DNA of 32,000 nt, from positions 1,470,001 through 1,502,000 of the forward strand of contig NC_003364.1 in NCBI RefSeq assembly GCF_000007225.1, given 5' to 3'. The position numbers and the translations under genes are program-made. The stretch comes from Pyrobaculum aerophilum str. IM2. Its GTDB lineage: Archaea > Thermoproteota > Thermoprotei > Thermoproteales > Thermoproteaceae. This document shows, piece by piece, positions 30,897-32,000 of this stretch (the first letter of the stretch is position 1; every line of letters starts with the position of its first letter). Under the pieces are notes generated by a model. That model worked only from the letters and a program-made list of their open reading frames with translations. It ran no database searches and was not told the origin of the DNA.

Positions 30897-31352
30897 ATGA
30901 ATATTTGGTTGCCGTTGCTTGTGGTTTTTTCCCTCGGCGGGTTGGTAGCCTCTTTGCTTGTGGTATATCTCTTTTATATGATCGGCCAGCTCCCCCCTGG
31001 GTGTTATGCAAATGTTGAAATTTTGCCGGGCGTCACCGCCGACTGCGTAAAGGTATTGCAAAGCGAATATGCCTACATTGGCCCAATTCCGCTCGACGTA
31101 GCCGCGGCGTTTTGGTTTATTGTAAACATCGCCGCCGCGCTTTGGCTATACAGGACGCTTGAGAGGAGGGCGGCGCGTTTTGTCTTCTGGTGGCGCCTGT
31201 TGGGCATTGCCATACTCCCCTACCTCATATATCTCGAATTCGCAGTGTTGAAGGCAGTATGCATTTACTGTACTATAATGCACGCGTTTATCATTGCTGA
31301 CTTCGTTGTAATTACTATGTTTCTAAGGAAAGTCGCCCCTTTAATTAAATGA
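30897..31352 (+). CDS. Vitamin K epoxide reductase (VKOR)-family membrane thiol oxidoreductase
   Basis: 151-aa ORF with about four hydrophobic segments. A loop Cys pair (PPGCYANVEILPGVTADC) is followed by SEYA, and the CIYC redox motif sits at the start of the last helix. This matches the VKOR pattern. Confidence 0.8.
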   Translation: MNIWLPLLVVFSLGGLVASLLVVYLFYMIGQLPPGCYANVEILPGVTADCVKVLQSEYAYIGPIPLDVAAAFWFIVNIAAALWLYRTLERRAARFVFWWRLLGIAILPYLIYLEFAVLKAVCIYCTIMHAFIIADFVVITMFLRKVAPLIK

Positions 31353-31417
31353 GCTAAGCTTACGTGGAGGCCATGTTTAGCGCCCTTATGTTTATATAGA
31401 AACGGCTAGAATGCCTT

Positions 31418-32000
31418 ATGGAGGTGAGGGAGTTGCGCCGTGGCTTCCTCGGGCTCATAGTAGGCGTGCCGATACTATTCTTCACGGCCCTCGCCCTGTT
31501 CTACGCGGCCAGCCTGTCAAATTATTACGAGGAGTTGCCCACGGGAGCGAGACACAACCCAGCGGCGACTATGGCGCTGGCAATCACAGCCATTATAGGT
31601 GGCGTTTTGCTGGCTTATGTCTCGTGGATGTTTTGGAGGGGGTATCAAGCGGCGTTGGGGGATAAGGCCGCGGCAATCGGGGCGTTAGTATTGCTACTAG
31701 GGTATGTGGTCTTCTTCCTATTCCTACCGGCAATATTGGCGGGGAATGTTGGCGGAGTGCTGGCGGCTTTTATCATAGGCGTAGCTCTGACATTTGTTGG
31801 CTACGTCCTGGCATTTATAATACCGGCGTACCGCTTTTATACCCTTACGAAAGACGGGATTTTCCTCGCCGCTGTTATCCTCTACGCCCTCTTCTTCCTA
31901 GGCTTAGTCACAGTTTACATAGCGTGGATTTTAATGTACGTAGGCCTCGGCCGCATTGAAGAGAGGCGCGCCTCGGAGTCTGCCGGGCCTGGAATCTCGG
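31418..32000 (+). CDS. Multi-pass membrane protein, 5' part (runs off the window end)
   Basis: This frame is not in the ORF track because it has no stop. Hand translation from ATG 31418 is open to position 32000 and strongly hydrophobic (MEVRELRRGFLGLIVGVPILFFTALALFY...). TTTATATA at 31391-31398 lies about 24 nt upstream. Confidence 0.6.
   Translation, partial: MEVRELRRGFLGLIVGVPILFFTALALFYAASLSNYYEELPTGARHNPAATMALAITAIIGGVLLAYVSWMFWRGYQAALGDKAAAIGALVLLLGYVVFFLFLPAILAGNVGGVLAAFIIGVALTFVGYVLAFIIPAYRFYTLTKDGIFLAAVILYALFFLGLVTVYIAWILMYVGLGRIEERRASESAGPGIS

Noticed and set aside
31411-31665. The 84-aa ORF listed at 31411-31665.
   Set aside because: A different frame starting at ATG 31418 stays open to the end of the window and encodes a coherent multi-pass membrane protein with a TATA-like box 24 nt upstream.
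1-32000. Search for CRISPR arrays, rRNA, tRNA and intact IS elements or integrases.
   Set aside because: I saw no regularly spaced direct repeats, no rRNA or tRNA signatures, and no transposase or integrase ORF.

Overview
The window reads as a compact chromosome segment from a hyperthermophilic crenarchaeon, probably Thermoproteales or Pyrobaculum-like. That assignment is inference from three things: AT-rich TATA-like boxes 22-27 nt upstream of many start codons (leaderless style), eight ATGA start/stop overlaps, and the protein families present. No database search was possible.

Positions 1-21.7 kb are an acyl-CoA metabolism neighbourhood.
- An ANL-type ligase-like gene, a family III CoA-transferase and a hotdog thioesterase lie on the minus strand.
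- A canonical thiolase + DUF35 pair follows.
- There are two acetyl-CoA-synthetase-family ligases and two acyl-CoA dehydrogenase paralogs.
- A four-gene ATGA-coupled minus-strand operon encodes aldehyde dehydrogenase, enoyl-CoA hydratase, a xanthine-dehydrogenase-family molybdenum-cofactor (Moco) large subunit, and a fused FAD/2Fe-2S subunit.
- A five-gene ATGA-coupled plus-strand operon encodes two thiolase-fold proteins that both lack the catalytic Cys and His, two DUF35 proteins, and an acyl-CoA dehydrogenase.

Positions 21.7-32 kb are accessory or variable.
- A coiled-coil PD-(D/E)xK-like gene has a heavily decayed paralog.
- Exported proteins rich in N-x-S/T sequons are present, one with an 11-mer Lys/Glu tail.
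- trpF is present.
- A multiply broken AAA ATPase pseudogene carries a 124-bp, ~81% G+C insert with inverted termini.
- A single-chain HEPN(DUF86)-MNT fusion is transcribed divergently from an orphan gene.
- A SplB-like radical SAM gene, a VKOR-family gene and a partial membrane protein complete the region.

I recognised no rRNA, tRNA or CRISPR array.

The best candidates for something undescribed are the doubled Cys-less thiolase-fold/DUF35 operon, the Moco enzyme embedded in CoA-ester chemistry, the HEPN-MNT fusion module, and the GC-rich structured insert.
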